Part shown: one piece after another, positions 49,940-61,355 of the stretch
Position numbering within the stretch: the stretch's first letter is position 1
Layout: each line of letters begins with the position of its first letter
NCBI RefSeq assembly: GCF_018977255.1
Contig: NW_024704743.1
Location: 102,364,001-102,428,000 of the forward strand
Direction of reading: 5' to 3'
DNA length: 64,000 nucleotides
DNA from: Callorhinchus milii
Taxonomy: Eukaryota
Notes under the pieces: model-generated
Told to the model about the DNA's origin: nothing
Seen by the model: the letters and a program-made list of their open reading frames with translations, nothing else
Databases searched by the model: none
Program-made: the position numbers and the translations under genes

Positions 49940-50197
49940 TTTTGCTGACCTGAAAATCCACTTTCCCAGTGAGCACAGTGGAGCCGTTCTCCTGCATTTC
50001 ACACATATGCAGCTTGTTGTCATCCTCTCCAATGTACTTGACTATCAGATAGAGCGTTTTGTTGATGTGAAGCTGCTCAGTACATTGCTGCTGTTGTGCT
50101 GTGCAGACTCTCTGTGTTTCCACTGAAGACTGATGCCATCTGGTAGTCTGGAGATGCTACAGCTGAGGGTGAAGATTACAATATGTTTCCTTCGTAA
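49940..50197 (-). pseudogene. Ig domain 2 exon (C2-like)
   Basis: TLSCSISRLPDGISLQWKHRES...[frameshift]TEQLHINKTLYLIVKYIGEDDNKLHMCEMQENGSTVLTGKVDFQVSK A|gtaagt. B-strand Cys, C-strand Trp and F-strand Cys present. Confidence 0.8.
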
Positions 50198-50923
50198 CTG
50201 TGAACAAAAGTCACACACATTGGATATTCATAGATTCATAGATTCATAGAATTTTACGGCACAGAAGGAGGCCATTCGGCCCATCGAGTCTGTGCTGGCT
50301 CTTTGACAGAGCAAGTCATTTTCACTAACCCCAATCACCAGCTTTCACCCCATAACCCTGCAAACCCTTCTTCCCCAGATACCTATCCAGTGCTCTCAAA
50401 GCTGTTATCGAATCGGACTTCACTACCCTTTCAGGCAGATCATTCCAAATTCGAACAACTCGCTGAGTGAAAAAAATTCTTCTAACCTCCCCTCTGCTTC
50501 TTTTGGTAGATATCTTAAGACTGTGACCACGGGTCACAGACACACCTACCAGCGGAAACAGCTTTTCCTTATCTAGCTTGTCGAAACCTTTCATGATCTT
50601 GAAGACCTCTATCAGGTCCCTGCGTAACCTTTTCTGCTCTAATGGGTAAAGTCCTAACTTCTCCAGCCTGTCCTCATAGCTAAGGTTCCCCATTCCTGGT
50701 ATCATTCTCGTGAATCTCCTCTGCACCCTTTCCAGTGCCTTAATGTCCTTCCTGAAGTAAGGTACCCAGAACTGAACGCAGCACTCCAGCTGAGGCCTAA
50801 CCAGTATCCTGCATAGATTAACCGTAACCTCCCTACTCTTTTATTCTATGCCCCTACTAATAAAGCTCAGTATACCAAATGCCTTTTTTACTGCCTTATC
50901 TACCTGCCCTGCTACCTTTAATG

Positions 50924-51165
50924 CCCAGTGCCTTCGCCGTGCTTTCTCCCTTTCCTCCTTCAAGGCTGGTCTCAAGACCTTTCTCTTTGACCATGCCTTC
51001 AGCTCCCCTCTCGACTCTCTACCCCCTCCTCGCTCCCTCCCTTCACTCCCCTCACCCTGACCATTTCCCCCCTGCTCGGATCCTGACCCAACTGTCCAGC
51101 GCCTTGGGACATCCTCCCGACGTGAAAGGCGCTCTATAAATGGAATCTTGTTGTTGTTGTCGTTG
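50924..51165 (+). mobile_element. L2 3' end inserted in the CR1
   Basis: 7-bp TSD TTTAATG at 50917-50923 and 51166-51172. Confidence 0.92.
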
Positions 51166-51553
51166 TTTAATGATTCGCTTACTTGAACACCCAGATCTCT
51201 CTGTACGTTCACCCCCCTTAAGATTGAGTTACCAAGTCTATATTGCCTCCTATCATTTTTCTTACCTAAGTGTATCACATCACACTTATCCACATTGAAA
51301 TCCATCTGCCATATGTCAGCCCATTCCACCATTCTGTGTATGTCTGCTTGCAGTTGGTTACAGTCCTCCTTACTATTTACTACCCTACCTAACTTTGTAT
51401 CATCTGCAAACTTGGAAATAGTGCTCTCTATGCCCAAGTCCAGATCATTAATATATATTAGAAAGAGCAGTGGTCCCAATACTGATCCCTGGGGGACACC
51501 GCTGCACACCTCCTTCCATTTCGAGAAACGCCCATTAACCACCACTCTCTGTT

Positions 51554-51880
51554 ATAATAATAATAATAATAATAATCCTTGCATTTGATATAGCGCTTTT
51601 CACGTCGGGAGGACGTCCCAAAGCGCTTCACAGAATAGACTGTAAAGTGAATTGACTGTATATTTGTGGGCGAACGCGGCAGCCAATTGCGCACAGCAAT
51701 GTCCCACAAACAGTCGTAGATTGAAAATGACCAATTTATTATTGTTTTTGTTTTTTTGGAGGGATTATTATTAGGCGTGTGGAGTAAGGAAACTTGCCCA
51801 AGGTTTCGCCCTGCCTGGAATTGAACTCAGGTCTCTCACTTGCAAAGCGAGTGCTCTAACCACTGAGCTACAGGACTCCA
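51554..51880 (-). mobile_element. Young tRNA/Deu SINE inserted in the CR1
   Basis: 5-bp TSD CTGTT at 51549-51553 and 51881-51885. Confidence 0.93.
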
Positions 51881-52320
51881 CTGTTTTCTGTCACTCAGCC
51901 AGTTTTTAATCCAAACTGCCACTGTCCCCTTAATACCGTGGGCCTCTAATTTTTTATTAATCTCTGATGCGGTACTGTGTCAAAAGCCTTTTTGAAATCC
52001 ATGTAAATAACGTCCACCGTATTTCCCTCATCAACCCTCACAGTCACCTCTTCAAAAAATTCCATTAGATTTGTTAGGCAAGATTTGCCTTGAACAAATC
52101 CATGCTGGCTGTCTCTAATTACCTCGTGTTCCTCTAAATAGAGATTTATTCTGTCCCGGATTATACTGCGGTATTCACTCTAAATCATTATTAACTCCTG
52201 CTCTCAATTTCAGTTTTCTTTCTGCAACCGAGTTATGTTTTTTAGTTTTGTCAGGTGTCTGACATATAAAGAAACCCATCACCATCCTTTGGAGTATCCA
52301 AATGATACAGAGTTCTATAT

Positions 52321-52652
52321 AAATAATAATAATAATCCTTGCATTTGATATAACGCTTTTCACGTCTTTAAGATGTCTCAAAGCGTTTCACAGAATATAC
52401 TGTAAAGTGAATTGACTGTGTATTTGTGGGCGAAACGAGGCAACCAATTACGCACAGCAGTATCCCACAAACATTGTGTATTGAGTGACCAAATTATTAT
52501 TTTCTTTTCTTGAGGAATTATTATCAGTCATGTGGAATAAGGAAACTTGCCCAAGGTTTTGACCTGCTGGGAATTGAACCCAGGTCTCTCACTTCTGAGT
52601 CCTCAAACCACTGAGCTACAGAGCTCCACAACCACTGAGCTGCAAGACTCCA
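52321..52652 (-). mobile_element. tRNA/Deu SINE with duplicated 5' end, inserted in a family X repeat
   Basis: AACCACTGAGCT..A...CTCCA occurs twice at about 52605-52652. Family X sequence lies on both sides. Confidence 0.8.
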
Positions 52653-53050
52653 CAATAAATAATTCACATTGTGTAACAATAAATAATCCTTGAATTTGAC
52701 ACAGCATCTTATCATATCATTAGGAGGTCTCCAATTCTTCAAAGAATATACCGTAATGTGAATTGCCTCTATAGTTTTTGGGTGAAACAAATAATTTTTG
52801 CCCACTATGTATTCTATGTATGTATAACACCTACAAATGGAGATTTTCCCTGTGGCTGGAATATAATGCGCACTCTCTCCCTTTTAAATGTAATGCACAC
52901 CTTCCTCATGATCAGTGTCTCTTGCACTGTTTGCTCCGATCCTCTCTGTGTCCTCCAATACTCTCTTCCAGCAGATACATATCCAGTTTCCCTTTGGAGA
53001 GTGTATTTGCACAGCGCCATGTGATTTACTGGGAGTCTGTTACCCACATT

Positions 53051-54323
53051 CAACAACAACAACAACTTGGATTTATATAGCGCCCTCCACGCCAGACGGC
53101 GTCTCAGAGCGCTTCACAGTAACGGATCCCGGGGCCGAGCCAGGGGGAGGGGGAGGAAGGTGACCAAAGGCGCGGTCGAAAAAAAAGATCTTCAGCCAAG
53201 ACCTGAAAATAGGAAGAGAGGGAGCGAGGCAAAGGGAGTGAGGAATGGAGTTCCAGAGCCTCGGGGTATAGTGGCTGAAGGCACGGCCGCCGAGGGTGGA
53301 GCCGAGGACTCGGGGGACCAGGAGGAGGCCAGACCCGGTGGAACGAAGGCAATGGGCACTGTTGTGAGGAGAGAGGACGTCAGCGAGGTAGGGGGGTGCA
53401 GAGGAGTGGAGGGATTTGAAGACAAGGGTGAGGATCTTGAAGTCGATCCTCTCTGGGACAGGCAGCCAGTGCAGTCTGGCAAGGACTGGGGTGATCTGGG
53501 AGTGGAGTTTGATACGGGTGAGAATGCGGGCGGCAGAGTTTTGTATAATCTGGATTTTATGGATGATAGTGGAGGGGAGACCGGCAAGTAGGGTGTTTGA
53601 ATAGTTCAGCCGAGAGGTGGCAAAGGCATGGACCAGGGTTTCAGCTTTCGCAGAGAGGTATTGACGGAGATGGACAATGCGTCGGAGGTGGAAGAAAGCG
53701 GTGCTGGTGAGGGACCGGATGTGGGGGAAGACGGATAATTGGGGGTCGAACCTGACGCCTAGGTTGTGTATGGGTTTGGAGTTTTAGGGGGAGGTCGGGT
53801 AGGTGGAGGAGGTGAGAACCGTGAGATTGGCTTCTGTCCAAAAAGAACCAAAGAGTATGGCTTCCGTCTTGTCAACGTTCAGCTGAAGGAAATTTGCGCT
53901 CATCCATCTCCTGAGGTCTGACAGGCAGGCTGATAGAACATCAGGGGACTGGGTGTTGCAAAGAGAGGTGGAAAAATAGAGTTGGGTGTCATCCGCATAC
54001 ATGTGGAAGTGTACCTATGTCTGTGGATGACATCCCCAAAAGGGAGCATGTAGATCAGAAAGAGGAGGGGGCCAAGGATGGATCCTTGGGGTGCCCCACA
54101 GGTAACCGGGTGAGAGCAGGAGGCGAAGTCATTTGTGCAGATGCATTTCTGGTGGTTTGTGAGGTAGGACTCGAACCAGGCGAGTCCCACTGAGGTGGAA
54201 GACGGAGGAAAGGCGGTGGAGGAGGATGGCGTGATCTACTGTGTCGAATGTGGCGGAGAGGTCCAGGAGGGCAAAGAGGCAGAGGGAGCCCTAGTCACAG
54301 ATAGAGAGGATGTCATTTGTGAC
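53051..54323 (-). mobile_element. 5'-truncated L2 (subfamily B) including the RT core
   Basis: GAPQGSILGPLLFLIYMLP and MYADDTQLY...NFLQLNVDKTEAILFGS, with frameshifts and a (CAA)n tail. Confidence 0.92.
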
Positions 54324-54500
54324 ATTTGTTCACTGCTCTGTGGGAAAGGGAAAAATTCTCCTTCTCTCCAACCTCGCTTTGAGGTTTTAGATGTGAACAA
54401 TAAGGTCTGCCGTGTCAAGTACTCTGTGTGTTCACTCACTCTGAGCCACAATAGAAAATACATTTGTTATTATACGTTTTCTCTCGCTGGTTATACTTAC

Positions 54501-54859
54501 CTTTGACTCCAAATGCTTCATACTGATTCATGGTTCGATGATTTTCAGATTCTGTGAGCAGGAACAATCCTGCAAGCTTATATTTGAGGAAAGAATGTAC
54601 AAAATTATGGGTATTGTATTCCTGACATCTCATATGGTAACTGTAGTAAGTGAGGGCTACATCTTAAAAATCATTGTATGTATCACCCAGTTTATATCCC
54701 ACCACTGATTGCTTCGACCGAAAGTCATCAGTTCTTTGTCAGCGTTTTTCTCAGAATGAGGTTTCAATTTCCAGACAAATGGCCCGTTTACCAAGATGTC
54801 TGATCCACTCAACTTGAATTTCCCTTCGCCAGCCAAAAAATAGATATGATTTGCATTTC
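54501..54859 (-). pseudogene. Ig-like domain 1 exon (atypical V-like, no canonical cysteines seen)
   Basis: ttttcattttgcag|GNANHIYFLAGEGKFKLSGSDILVNGPFVWKLKPHS...LAGLFLLTESENHRTMNQYEAFGVK G|gtaagt. 359 nt, with a frameshift and a stop. Confidence 0.7.
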
Positions 54860-55052
54860 CTGCAAAATGAAAAAGCAGGATATATATCAAATATGAAATA
54901 ACAGGCCCATATCACATGAGAAAATAATTAGAAACACTGTCCTTCATTTCTGACGTGTTCCATTATTTTCCATTCCTTCAGCACCTTCGCTTGTGTCATT
55001 CCACTCTTTGAAGACCTCTGTTTTCGCAACACTCACATTGTTCATAATTCAC

Positions 55053-55131
55053 CGCCACACAGAACTACAGACAGTAAGACCGTACAGCATGTAGAGAGGC
55101 TTTGCTTTATTTTGCAAATTGTTTTGGACAT
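55053..55131 (-). pseudogene. Leader (signal peptide-like) exon
   Basis: MSKTICKIKQSLSTCCTVLLSVVLCG followed by G|GTGAAT, a phase-1 donor. Confidence 0.55.
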
Positions 55132-57166
55132 TAATTGTCCAGCTCCTTGGGATGTCCTCCCGACATGAAAAGCACTATACAAATGTAATTTTGTACTTGG
55201 TGGTGGTGGTGCCAAAATAATATTATTTTCCTTCTTGTGTCATCTTAAATATTATCTCAACTTTCTGTTGTCATTAATGCATGTGACCTTAAGTATCAAT
55301 TAATCGAGCCGGACACTGTCACAATTTCTAATCAACACGATCACAAGTCAGGTTGGTTTGTGATAAAATGGGGAAAGGATGATGGCAGTGCTCGCGCACA
55401 TTTCAGGCTGAGTTTGTTTGCTCAACAAGCAGGTCTCGTGGTAGCTGATACCTACTAAACACAGAACGAAGGTCTCAGAACTGGGTTCATCATATATCTA
55501 ATGACTAGTCAGTCAATAAACTCCTAAGCTTGAAGGTAAACAGAGTCTCTTGTGGCAGACAAGACCTTGGTTTAATGTCTTCCTTGAAGGACGCCACCTG
55601 TGACAATGCAATGCTAATTGAGTATCGCACCGGCTCACACAGGCACCACATTTCGCAGAAGCAAACAACTACATCAACAACAACAACTTTTATTTATATA
55701 GCGCCGTTCACACAGGGCAGCATCTCCAAGCACTTAACAAGGGCAGAGCCTGATGCCGAGCCAGGGGGAGAGAGGAGGTGACTGTAAGCACAGTTGAAGA
55801 GGAAGATTTTCAATGTTGATCTAAAAAGGGGGGAAGGAAGGGGTGGGGCTGACAGATTGATGGAAACAGTCCAAAGCTGCAGGGAGTAGCGAAAGCTACT
55901 TTATAGCTGAAAGCTAAAAGCATCTAGATGTGCTTAACCTGTCCTAAGAAAGCTTCTGTTCTTTTTTTCTCATTGTGTGAGGTGGTTATGAGGATTGACA
56001 TTTGAACAAAAACACAAATTCATACACAAAATCCTCCATTTCAAAACTTAAAAGGACAATGTATTTGGTGCGAGTGAGAGAAAGACAGTAAATCTGCTAA
56101 TAATAGAAATAGGAGGTGAGGCACAGAGTTGGAGAACAATATCGAGCTGTGACTGCAGCACAAATTAAACGGACAGACTCAGCCAGGGCTCAGTCTCTGC
56201 CATCACCAGAAGTCATGGAGAATTCTCCGGCAACGGTTTACATTTCCGGGACAATCTGCCCTTTGAAAGCCAAAAAGAAAAGTGATTTCAGTCATTTTAC
56301 TTGGAAATATTTGGTACATTTCCGGTTCTTGCATTGCTTGCCATTGAAAAGCAAAGCTTCCACCTGCTGTGTAAAAGACATTGGTGTACCCAGGATGTAG
56401 CAATCCATTATATTAATGGGATGAACACCTGAACAGCAAACTCAGTGAGCAGGAATGACTGCACCAGCGATCAGCACACAGAACCTGCCCCACAAGATCC
56501 CGCCGCTCGCTTTTAGCTCCATCTGAACCTGACTGACACTTTCTACCAAACGTGACTGCGATGGTACAGATGTTTACCTTGTGTGCAAACACAGGGCAGC
56601 ATAAGCACGATGAAGCTTAATGCCAAAACACCCAGCATTTTACGGCCGAGCAATTTCTCTCTCTCCAACTCTCTCGATGCGCCTGCCTTTAGCGGATGTA
56701 CACGGCACTGTATAAAGTGTCACAATGACGCACATTTCCTGGATATACTTCTGTTGCTCACGGGAAAATGGATTACCATACTCGCTAGAATAGCATTCAC
56801 TGTTACCTCAGCCCCACATCCCACTCTGTGTGAGCAGAAGTGCGCCAGTTCAGTATTAGGTGCTGAAGCGGCAGCAATGTCTCATTGAGTTGAATCAGGA
56901 AGATGTCTGCATAACGACGGCTTATAAAGACAAATGTGCCCACAATTTCTCTTCAAGAGAATCTCCACCAAGTCAAAGCCGAGTTCTCCACCACCCACCC
57001 AAGGAAAAAAAATATTTCTTTCACCTCACGGCTGTTTTTGAAAATTGCTGCATGCAAATTGGCTGCTGCTTTTTCCTTTAAATGTGCTTGTCAGCAATAA
57101 CCTGTCAAATGGTTTGAGATGCGTTCATCTTTTGGGTGCAATGCGAAGTGCAAGGGTTATTTCAGT

Positions 57167-57595
57167 GTCAGCCTGGCTCAGTTGGTAACGCTCTCGCCTC
57201 TGAGTCAGAATGTTGCGGGTACAAGCCCCGTATCAGAACTTGGAATCACAAAGTCTAAGCTGACGCTCCAATGCAATGCTGCGGGTGTGTTGCATTGTCA
57301 GCGGTTCATTCAGCTGAGATGTTAAACCAAGGTCCCGCCTGCATGTTTAGGTGAACATTAAAGATCCCGTGGCACTGTTCGAAAAGAGAAGTGAGTTTCT
57401 TTCCCCGATGTCTAGCCAACTATCCACCAAATAAAATTGGTCACTCGTTCTGTGGTTGTTTGTGGGTCATTCCTGTGTGTAAAACTGGCTGCTGCATTTT
57501 TCCCACAAAAATACAGTCAATCTGCTGTACAATATATCAGTGTGAAGCGCTTTGCGATGTCTCAACGACGTGCTAAGGTGCTGCTCAAATGCAAA
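57167..57595 (+). mobile_element. Full-length ancient Deu-domain SINE (SacSINE1/LmeSINE-like); decayed relatives near 5500, 15400, 22135, 22700, 25960, 26465, 33400, 35730, 42100, 61470 and 63700
   Basis: GTCAGCCTGGCTCAGTTGGTAACGCTCTCGCCTCTGAGTCAGAA head, GAGATGTTAAACCAAGGTCC...AAAGATCCCGTGGCACT body, Deu core, L2-type tail. Family name is from recall. Confidence 0.75.
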
Positions 57596-57635
57596 CACAA
57601 CGATTTCCGAAGTCTGCTCATGCGAGTGCGTCTGA

Positions 57636-57933
57636 AAGGAGGAAAGTTGCGAAATGGTGTGTCTGAACTTCTCTCTGTGTTCTGAGTGAAAGTTATCGGA
57701 TGCATGATCAGGTGATTAAAAATAGCTTTATTGAACATTTTGCAAAAATACCGTACGAAAATAATTGAACACGGCATCCAACATCGATTGCGAAACCAGG
57801 GTCTTATAAAGGCAGTGCCTGAGAGCCACAGATTGTTTACAGAACCTGATAGATGGAAATCCTTGGCAGTGATACACTGAAAGCCAGGCAGGGTTCACCT
57901 ACAGAATAATCTGAAAGGGAGCAAAATGTCCAG
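57636..57933. repeat. Duplicated block, copy 2
   Basis: Collinear with 43030-43317. Confidence 0.9.
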
Positions 57934-58639
57934 GGAAGGGAACAGGCTGCAGAGTTCAAAGGTGAAAGCCCAAGCTCCCACATTGATGGCAAAAGGTGTC
58001 AGCCTGGCTCAGTTGGTAGCATTCTGGCTCCAAGTAAGAGAGTTGTGGGTTCAAGCCCCCACATCATTGTTGAATTCAGTCCAGTTTATTAGTCTAGTCC
58101 AGTCCCTTGCATCACTTCCACCCTGTTCCGTTCGTTCCACCCCGTCCATCTCGTTGTTCCATCAGTTCAATTTGTTCCATTCTCCGCCCCCACCACTCCG
58201 ATTACACCTGGCACTCTCATATTACACATATCCTCACCATTACACTGGGACTGGCTCCCAGGTTAATTGAGTTATTTTTTAGGGCTGAGTCAAACATGGA
58301 GCCAACCATGGTACTGAAGATGTAATGCTACCCTGAAAGTAAGATAAATCTTCCATGTTAAAATACCTTTACAATATAATAATAGTAATCCTTGCATTTG
58401 GTATAACACCTTTCATATCAGGAGAGGTCTAAAAGTGCTTCACAGGATTTAGTGTAAAGTGTATTTTGTGGCAGCCAGTTTGCAGAGTCGACAAACAGCC
58501 ATAAACAGTGGAATGAAGTATGAAGATGCCATACAGTTCATCAAGACAGCAAGTTGCCATTTCATCCCCATCATTTGTTACGCAACCCAAATTAATTGTT
58601 GAGCTAGCCGCTCGACCGTTAGCAACCAAACTTGGGATC

Positions 58640-58643
<4 letters not shown>

Positions 58644-58670
<27 letters not shown>
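58644..58670 (+). repeat. (ATT)9 microsatellite flanked by a 7-bp direct repeat
   Basis: ATCTGTT at 58637-58643 and 58671-58677. Confidence 0.9.
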
Positions 58671-58672
<2 letters not shown>

Positions 58673-59627
58673 CTGTTTACTAGACTGAATCCAAGGATTT
58701 GTCCTGAGGGACAAACAGCTTCATCACAAGAGTCGAGGAAACCAAATTATGCAATTATGCATAACCTGAACCATATGTACAGAGGAATCACAGGTGGTTA
58801 TACAATTAATAGTAATCCTTTAATTTTATACAGCACGTAAAGCTTCAAAACAAGTGAAAGCACTTCACAGGTAACTCCTATCCAGCATTGTCGCTGTATT
58901 TTGTTTGCAAACTCAGCAGCCAATTTTGTGACATCAATATTTCTTAATCAGGAATCCAAGTCAAACAAATGAGATTTTTGCTACAAAGTGAACTACTTCC
59001 AAACTTGAGTCAACAGGATTTGTTAGCAGTTCTTTTTTTTACTGATAAAAATAATTAAATTAGATATCTTTCATTTTAACCTCCTAAAGTACCTGTTTCG
59101 AGTACATAAAGGTGAGATGGTAAGTCAGCTAAGCTTCCTTTATACCACTGTATGCACGTAGCAAAATAACAAGCTTGACATTTTGAACATCCTTATGTCA
59201 ATGTGTAGAATTCATGTTGTGTTGTATTTGGGCTTCCTCAGTCTGCAGAATAAATGATCGTATAAAGCCTAGCGCTTTCCATTAAAACGTTGTTCTTTCC
59301 TCTCTATCTTCAAGGCTCACTGCTCCTTTTCTCACGATAACACATGCAGGGGTAAAATTCCACCTAGGTCTAAATTTAACATTTTATAATGTCCAGCAGC
59401 CTCAAGTTTAAATCCATTTTTCTCTAAGTTTATTTTAAGAACAATAGAAAAACGGCTTCAAAGTTAAGACTGAATTAAAAAATTTACCAGATTCTGCACC
59501 CTCTGAAATTTTATATTAATAGAGTAAATCTAGACCATGGTGGGAGTTTACTCCAACATTGGTTTCAGATCAAAAGACAAAATAAGCTCTCGGGCCTTTT
59601 TGTGTTCTGCTTTCTAAGAAAGATTTA

Positions 59628-59840
59628 ACAACAGCAAAATTACATTTGTATAGCTCCTTTCACATCAGGAAGATGTCCCAAGGTGCTGGATAACCAATGT
59701 TTTGGACCCGAGATGGGGTCAGGATCAGGAAGGGTGGAGGGCAGGGGCTGAGGGTGGAGGGCAAGTGGGAAAGGAGGATGACTGAAGGCACAGTCAAAGA
59801 GGAGGGTCTTGAGACAAGTTTGAAGGAGGGATTTGAGATG
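59628..59840 (-). mobile_element. Older L2 3' fragment
   Basis: LKTLLFDCAFS plus the tail stem-loop. Confidence 0.75.
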
Positions 59841-61215
59841 GATTGATTTCTTTCTGACTTTTAAGATTCCATGACGGATAGTAGTTAGGATTTGGGATAT
59901 TTTCCCTTCTGAAATCAGGACCTGTTGTAGAGCCCAACTGGCACAGTGACTCAGTATAGACATGTGACTTGCATAAACCGTACCTGCATTTGTATTTGTG
60001 TTTAAATCTCTTTCACCAACTCAGAATTTGCAGTGAACATTATGTTATCTTTTGTGCTGATGAAAGCAAGTAGTATTATCTGTGGAATGTTGGAACTAGA
60101 AGGATTTCTTATTGTGAATATCATCAATCATCTATTATTCATCACTCAAGTCAAAGTTGAAAGATTGTAAATTGTAGCAAAGTTCAACAATTGTGAGGCA
60201 AAATATTTCCTGTGTATTTCTCCTCCAGTTCCAGAAACAGCACAATCTTAGATTAAACAGTGAAATACCCTTCACTGGTTCAGCATAACTCAATTCTTTT
60301 TATATCTGTCAATTATCTGACAGCTTTTAATAGAGATAAAATTTTTGTCTGCCTTATTACTGCAATGCAAGTTAAACATTTGTTTTTTAACACGGTGTGA
60401 TCATAAAACTAATGCATCGTGGGTTACTTTTAAATATTAAATCTAATCAACTAATATAACAGTTAATTTTGTACATTGTGAAGTTCTGGCATGTTTCAAG
60501 GTGCTTTTTCAATTTGGGTGGTTCTTAACAATTAGGACATAGGCTTGCAAACAAATTTCTACATCCCCAAGTTTCAACAATGAACAAGACAAGCTGGACA
60601 GCCGTATATTAACACAAACCTGCCAGGTCTTGTCAGGTGTGTCTTTTTGGGGCACAAGGGAGCAGCAAAAATCTTCTTCTCCGATGGCCACAGAATTAGT
60701 TTGGGAAGTTCCAACCTGATTTCAAGTGGATCTGAGCCCACAACACAAGTGTACCCTTGGCTACATATTAAGTGGCATTCAATTGCAATCTGACCAGCTA
60801 GACCATGAGTACAGATGGTACGGGAAACAAAGCTCATGCAGATACAGTACAAATGCTCTACTGAGACATATGAACGTACCAATAAAAAGGACTGTTGACC
60901 TTCCCCTTAACTTTTATTGCACCTGCTGTGGGAGAATAAAGAAAAGGCAAAACGTGGTGCAGGACGGAACGGTAATTAAAATGCTAATTTACCCTAGAAT
61001 TATCCTGCATTGCATTCTTGGAGCATGCATTTGAAATATAGTTTTGATGCAACATGATCGATTGATTCAAAAAAAAATGTACTTACATCCATCTACCTTT
61101 GCCACAGTTCTCTCCACTTCCTCACGTTAAAGTGCTCTCACTGTTTGGGGTACTGATTCTCCAAATGATAATTTGTGCTGTGTAAGCCTGGATAGTGAGT
61201 GTCAGCATTGTTTTC

Positions 61216-61355
61216 CAAAACAAAAGGCAAAGTACTGCAGATGCTGGAAATCTGGTATAAACACAGAAGTTGTTGGGAACACGCAGCAGATCAGGCAGAA
61301 TCTATGGAGAGAGAAAAATGAGTTAACGTTTCAGGTCAATGACTTTCCATCAGAA
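61216..61355. mobile_element. Probable Penelope-like element terminal fragment
   Basis: CTGCAGATGCTGGAAATCTG...CAGCAGATCAGGCAGAATCTATGGAGAGAG...GTTAACGTTTCAGGTC resembles an abundant cartilaginous-fish repeat (from recall). Confidence 0.5.

Larger units (their letters stand above)
50226..52165 (-). mobile_element. 5'-truncated CR1 LINE with two nested insertions
   Basis: [22 protein letters not shown]...KFADDTKLG, QRRFTRMIPG...FFTQRVVRIWNDLP, and an 8-bp terminal repeat (CTATGAAT)n. Confidence 0.93.
48010..55131 (-). pseudogene. Multi-Ig-domain receptor pseudogene (V-like/C2/V/C2, partial fifth domain, cytoplasmic tyrosine motif)
   Basis: Ordered minus-strand exons with AG/GT boundaries: 55131-55053 (leader), 54859-54501, 50197-49940, 49743-49408, 49330-49086, 48716-~48580 (truncated), 48099-~48010. 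Donors are phase 1. Stops or frameshifts occur in every Ig exon. Confidence 0.8.

Noticed and set aside
49086..55131. Calling the Ig gene CD4 or LAG3
   Set aside because: Only the architecture is similar. There is a probable fifth domain, no Lck-binding motif and no synteny evidence in the window.
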